This document shows, one piece after another, positions 57,716 to 64,000 of a stretch of 64,000 bases of DNA. The position numbers and the translations under genes are program-made. Source of the DNA: the human T2T-CHM13v2.0 reference genome, Homo sapiens; assembly GCF_009914755.1 (NCBI RefSeq), contig NC_060926.1. The stretch is one strand, 5' to 3'. Below the pieces are notes generated by a model. The model saw nothing but the letters and a program-made list of their open reading frames with translations. It searched no databases and was not told where the DNA came from. Numbering within the stretch: the first letter of the stretch is position 1; the number at the start of each line of letters is the position of its first letter.

Positions 57716-60697
57716 TAAAAAAATAAAAATGTTAAGAAAAATAAACATTTGGTCACATGTCATCTCCTTCAAACTGGGCTATTGGTTTTCCCTGTAGAGA
57801 TACATAGCTATTAAAAAAAAACAAAAACAAAGAAACCAATAAAACAAAACCCAGCCCCAAAACATTTTAGGAATAAATGACCTGTTAAAAATACAGCAAA
57901 ACCATCCTCTGACCTTGAAACAGAGTTTATGAATTCTGAAAAGGTGAGCAAAAACATAATAATTAACTATATACCTGCCCATCCAAACAGTTATTGTGGA
58001 AGTCCTGGTCCATCTGTTTTTATAACAACTTTGCAGGTTTCAACAGGATTTGCTGCATTTAGCAAGTCGTCCAACAGCCTTCAGGGAGAGGGTGATCATG
58101 TGTAAGGCCGAAGTCAGCCACAGACAGTATTTCTCCTTCTCATGCTCTGGAATTTGGAGTCATTTTACGGAAAGGAAGTTCAGTTGAGCTAAACGGTTTG
58201 CTTCCCTCTGAATTAGAAGTCATAAAGGCCGATGGTGTAAGAACACTTCCTCCAACCCACATTTTTGGCTCAGGGCTCTGTTTGAAGCATTTTGTGGTTA
58301 AAGCCATGCCAATACCAAAGCACATAAAGACCGGACCCAACACTATTTTTGCTTGGCTGAATTGCTATGTATTTCTGTGAATGTCTAAAATGTAGAAATA
58401 ATGAAACTTGCTTTGCCCAATACTGTAATTTTGCTTGTATGGACATTGTCAAATTAGGAAACAATGAAAAGAAATTTCCCCAAACTCCACCCTGTTTAAA
58501 AGGCAATTCTCATTATTCCCTTTGTGTTTACCACATCACAATGCACCTTAAACTCCTCATGGAAATACGGAGCTAGACTTTCCCACCAGCTGCCCCATCA
58601 CAGCTTGTTGACTTTTATTGGACTGATTTAAGACAATGTTTCATAAATCTACATTGGGAAGCCCACTGCAAGAAGTAAGGGAATGAGTATATGGATATAG
58701 GGCAATTGGGAATGGATTTGATTTTGAGAACAAGTTTTCTTCCATTGTCTTGTTCAAAAGAAGACTGGGGAGATTTTCCTGATGATGACTTCAGAAGACT
58801 TACTGATGCTGCTTTGAGACAGGGTCCTCACATTTTTTCTTTTTAATTTATAAACAAAATATGTGTCTTTTCTATGTATCCAGTCTTTTGTCTTTGATAT
58901 TAAGTGACTTAGGAAGAGAATCTAACAGTCTTCAGTCAGAATAGGGATATACTAATTTTCAACTATATAGTTGATAAATCTGTATTTTCACTGAAGAATT
59001 ATTTCCCTTATGGAATACAAATAAGTGGTAGAAAAGTGATTTTGGAATAAAGCATATTAACATAATTAACATATAAAACAGAAAGGGTCATTTTGACTTC
59101 AGAAGACTCTTTCTTTCTCTCACACACACACAGACATACACGATAATGAAATCTTCCTAGCAAGTTCAGTTAACATTGGACAACGATAATTAATTTGTAG
59201 TTGTAGAATAACCTCTCTTATTTACATAGCTTTTAAATATCAGACACCTGATTTAGAAAACATTAAATGCTGAGGTAAAAATACAAAATCCTTTCTGAAT
59301 AGAGGACAAGAATTTTTAATTTTATTTAGTGCCCTGACTTGACTAATTTGTCTTCACATTTTTATAATACTAAAACTGCATGCGTGGGGCTCTGTGGCTA
59401 GAAATTACTCAGTGTTGTGGAAGTAGATCGTTGGAGTTGCCCCCATTTGCCGAGTTGAGTCTGGGGTCCAGTTGGCCTCCCCGGCTGTCCTGAGGGAGGG
59501 CTCTTGGTCTCTTGGCTCTGAACCCCCCTCCCAGGTGCACCTGTTCTGCCGGGTCCTTTTGTCCTCACCAGCAGCCCCACATTTGACTGGGTGATTGCTG
59601 GGAGCCAGAAAGAATGTGAGTGGCTGGGCTCCTCTGTCTTCCCTCCCTGACTTTCCCTGGCTTCTCTCGTCTCTTGTTCCCTTAGAAAGGAGAGAAGCCA
59701 AAACGCAATTAAAGTGACTTTTTCTGAGTCATTGGCCCATAAGGGGTCTTTATAGGGAGGTTGAAATTCAATCCACTTTTAAGAAAAAGAGTTTTCTTCT
59801 CTATACACACACAATCTGGCCAGCTGTAGGTGTTCCTGGGGAGAACAAGCACTCAAAATACTCAGAAAATCGTCTATAAAGGATTGAACAATAACTGCCA
59901 GGATTCAGGAGATTTCCTGGGGATTAATGAGTAGCGGGGAGGAACTGGTGGCCTTCAACTGTACTCTGGGCAGTTAACCTCAGCCAGTCAGTCCTTCCTA
60001 AGAAACGCTTGCATTGAGGCGGCGATTGCTATTATAGGATATAAACCTAGAAGAACACTTTTAGTGTGATTTTATTTCAATGTGCCCTTTGCTTCTGAAA
60101 GACTGCAGCATCGTGTGGAGCATTTGGTGGCTAATAACACAGCATTCGTTACCCTGCGATGCACTTCTCATCACATTAATCAAGCTGATTGGAATAATGT
60201 TTAAGAGAAAAATTAATATTTTATTGTTGTAAAAAATCTTGTAGAAAACTTTTAAAATATTAAATACACAGCCAAGATTGTATTGAGATTAGAACAAACC
60301 AGGAATGATTTTTATCACAAGTACGATTATAACATTTACCTCAAGAGTGAGGATTTTTTTCTCATGGTGATACGATCACTTCAAAAACCTAAAAAAAAAA
60401 AGTATTCGGTCCCTTTCTGGCTAATCCTTATGCTAGCCAAATAGTTTAATAGTTAAAAGCTTCATAACCCAACTTTACTTGTGTTTTAATTACATGAGGA
60501 AAATCCAGGAAAAAAGTCATTTTTAATTTGACATGCAAACACTTCTCTACTTCTTATTGTGATTCTCATTCACTGCATCTTTAGAGCAGTGATCCCAACA
60601 GATTAAAAACCGGCTTTGTCACTTATGTTATTTGCATCTCAAATGAGGCAAGTTTGAGGTGAATGGTTGGCACCAATGCCAATCGAACGCTCCAGAG

Positions 60698-61232
60698 CAG
60701 GGGTCCGCAACCCCCGGCCACAGATCGGTATTGATTGGTGGCCTGTTAGGAACCGGGCCACACAGTGTGAGGTGAATGGCTGGTGAGCCAGTGAAGCTTC
60801 ATTTCTATTTAAAGCCACTCCCCATTGCTCACATTACCCCCTGAGTTCCGCCTCCTGTCAGATCAGTGGCGGCATCAGAGTCTCATAGAGGCGTAAACCC
60901 TATCGTGAACTGTGCATGCGAAGGATCTAGGTTGTGGGCTCCTTATGAGAATCTAACACCTGATGCTCTGTCACTGTCTCCCATCACCTCCAGATGGGAC
61001 CATCTAGTTGCAGGAAAATGAGCTCAGGGCTCCCACTGATTCTACATTATCGTGAGTTGTATAATTATTTCATTATATATTATAATGTAATAATAATAGC
61101 AATAGATGATAGTACACAATAAGCGTTATGTTCTTGAATCCTCCCCAAACCATCTCCCCGTCTTTTGGTCTGTGGAAAAATATCGTCTTCCACAAAACCA
61201 GTCCCTGGTGCCAAAAAAGTTAGAAACTGTTG
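60698..61232 (+). mobile_element. MER1A hAT-Charlie element
   Basis: 'caggggtccgcaacccc...gcctgttaggaaccgggcc...ccctggtgccaaaaaagtt'; 535 bp; TSD ctccagag / ttccagag. Confidence 0.92.
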
Positions 61233-62414
61233 TTCCAGAGGACTAAGTCTGCTCATGCTTGAATGTCTCCATGTCAGAGCTTACCTTTCAGGATGACTAG
61301 TGAACCACCCTACCCACACAGCAGGTCCTGAACCGTCAGCAGAACTACTTCCTTTGCTCCTCACCTATTACTTTGTTTTGAAAGTCTATGAAGTCAGCAT
61401 TCAGGCTGAGAAATAAGTAGATCAGAGGCATATTCTTTAGTTCTGTTGCCTAATTGAACATAATTTGGAAGTAACTGGTTCTAGAAAACCTAAGAATGAC
61501 AAACAAAGCATACAGAGTCAGCAAAGAGATATATATTTCCAGATCTCCCTTCCCCTCCTGGTGAGCCTCAGCTACCAGGAACCATCTGGTAGGGTGGAGG
61601 AGACAGGCTGGAAGGGCAGGAACTGGGGTGCAGCTTGTGGGAGTGGGTTAGGCTAATCTCTGAGGTCAGACCAGATGGAAGTGGGTGGTCCTACACACAT
61701 GGGCCTGCAAGTGGACACAGAGCTGGCATCCTGCACCTTGCTTGGATATTCTCTGGGTCTGTTCTGTGGATGGCCTCAGCGTCTGAAGGGGATAGGGATT
61801 GAATGTCAAGGACAAGACATTATGTTCCTCTGCCTCTCAGGAAGGCAGCTCCTCCAGCCTCACAGCAAAAAGAGATGCAATGGAGCTTTCCTGGAGAAAA
61901 GGCACTGTCTCATTTTCTAACTCCATTACCTGAAACTCATGTGTTAAATGGGAATAGAACAGAGCTAGCAACAGAGATAAATTTTGAAATACATAAAGTT
62001 GAACCTAGAAGTCCAAACTCATTCATTCAATAGATAAATATGTAAATAGGAAGAAAATCAGAAAACAAATCATGCTACTAAAAACTTTGGAATGGCTTGA
62101 ATTAAGATCAGTAGGAATCCAGGCTCAAGTTTTAAACAGATCATGCTACACACTCCTATGCACTGTGTAAGTCCACACTGGTTCAACGATGGTTCCTGAT
62201 AGCTGAGGCTCACCAGAAGTTACAATTCCAGGAACAGGAAGAAAGGGGAAGTAAGTCGTCATGGTTAAGCACATGGCCCTGGAAGCCAACTCTCACCCAC
62301 ACCCATTAGCCACCTGCTGGGATATGAGCCAACAGGTCACTAACCTCTTTGAGTTGCAATCCCCTGGCTGCCTCTAGTCCTCAGTGCCTCTTCTTCAGTG
62401 GAGCTGCAGAACTA

Positions 62415-63586
62415 CAGTCAGGCACTGCATCAGGACAGGTCAATCAAGGAACTGCACATTCAGTGGTGGTCATGCAAAATTATCATGGAGCTGAAAATTT
62501 CCTGTTGCCTAGGGACTTCATAGCCATTGGGATGTCACAGTATAATGCATTGCTCACATGATTGTGATGATGCTGGTGTAGGTACCTACTGCACTGCCCT
62601 TGTATAAAAGTATAGCTCATGCAATTATGTACAGTACAGAATACTTGATAATGATGGTAAACAACTATGTTACTGGTTTATTTATTAGATTATACTTTTA
62701 ATTGTTATTTTGGAGTGTTAATAACTTATTAAAGAGAGAAAAAAGAAAAAGTTAACTGTAAAACAGCCTTCAGGAGGATTCCAGAAGGAGACACTGCTAT
62801 CATAGAGATGATAGCTCCATGCATGTTATTGCCCCTGAAGACCCTCCAGTGGAACAAGATGTGGAGATGGAAGACAGTGACATTGAGGATCCTGACCCTG
62901 TGTAGACCTAGGCTCATTGTATGTGGATCTTAATTTTTAACAAAAAAGTGAAAAGGTAAAAAACAAATAGAAACTAGTTTATAGAATAATGATATAAAGA
63001 AACAGCTTTTGTACAGATGTACAATGTGTTTGTATTTTAAGCTAAGTGTTATTACAAGAGTCAAAAGTGGAAAATTTTAAAGTTTATAAAGTAAAAAAGT
63101 TACAGTAAGTTAACATTAATTTATTATCAAAGAAAGACATTTTAAAATAGATTTAGTGTTGCCTAAGTATCCAGGGTTTATGAAGTCTACAGCGGTGTAC
63201 ACTAATGTCCTAGGGCTTCGCATTCAGTCCTCACTCACTGACTCACCCAGAGCAACTTTCAGTCCTGCAAGCTCCATGCATAGTAAGTGCCCTATACAGG
63301 AGGATCATTTGAAAAAAATCTTTTATACCATATTTTTACTATTTTTTCTATGTTTAGATACATATTACTTACTATTGTGTTACAGTTGCCTACAGTATTC
63401 AGTACAGAAGCAGGCTGTGCAGGTTTGTAGCCTAGGAACAATAGGCCATACCACACAGCCTCAGTGTGTAGTGGGCTGTACCATCTAGGTCTGTGTAAGC
63501 ACACTCTATGACACTTGCAGAGCAATCAAATTGCCTCACAACGTGTTTTGCAGAATGTATCCCTGTCGTTAAGTGACATATGACTA
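62415..63586 (+). mobile_element. Tigger3b-like TcMar DNA transposon
   Basis: ta|cagtcaggcactgcat ... cgttaagtgacatatgacta; internal 'ggagctgaaaa', 'aaacagccttcagg', 'tacagttgcctacagtattcagtaca'; ~1.17 kb. Confidence 0.88.
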
Positions 63587-63944
63587 TGTTTAAATACTTG
63601 GGAGAAAAGCACGAGTTTCAGTTTTCCCATCGTTTTTGTTAGTAGAACCTGGACGTTGGTGTTGTCTTCTGTAAAATGGGAACAAAAATACCTTGCAAGG
63701 CTGCTGTGAAGTTTAAAGGTTAATGATGTAACCAAGCAGCTAAAACAGACTGATGCAATCCTCACTCACTACAGCATACAACAATGCTGGTATGGTTAAT
63801 ATTCTTGATTTACAGATGTAGATATCCAGGTACAGAGATACCACTGTGAAGCTCTTAGCACACTGTAAGCATCCAACAAATATTAGCTTTAGGGATTTTG
63901 GTTTAGAAAATATTCTTTCATTGGAATCGCTCGAAGAAAAGTGT

Positions 63945-64000
63945 TTGACAGGGCTGCTATAACAAAGTGCCATCAACTGGGTGGCTTAGACAACAGAAAT
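63945..64000 (-). mobile_element. Start of an MLT1-type LTR, truncated by the window edge
   Basis: 'gggctgctataacaaagtgccatcaactgggtggcttagacaacagaaat'. Confidence 0.75.

Overview
Primate (almost certainly human) genomic DNA, AT-rich and repeat-dense, intergenic or deep-intronic. I could not identify the locus and found no supportable host protein-coding exon. The dominant feature is a full-length, minus-strand L1PA3-type LINE-1 (~40711-46896) with disabled ORF1/ORF2. It keeps an open antisense ORF0 and the 5'UTR segment lost in younger L1s, and carries a ~140-bp 3' transduction inside a perfect 15-bp TSD. The window also holds a complete THE1A MaLR provirus with a 5-bp TSD, a near-complete MLT1F-like provirus nested in an old L1M, nine Alus plus a monomer, several hAT/Tigger/mariner fossils including a MADE1 hairpin, and many MIR/L2/L1M fragments. 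Repeat-poor segments contain two same-orientation CTCF motifs, a small CpG cluster with stacked NRF1/ETS motifs, candidate non-coding exons, strong G-quadruplex and triplex motifs, and several fold-back or duplication scars. Repeat subfamily names come from recalled consensus sequences, not a database run, and boundaries without TSDs are approximate. I see no evidence of a new multi-gene biological system; the interest lies in retrotransposition, repair and regulatory signatures.
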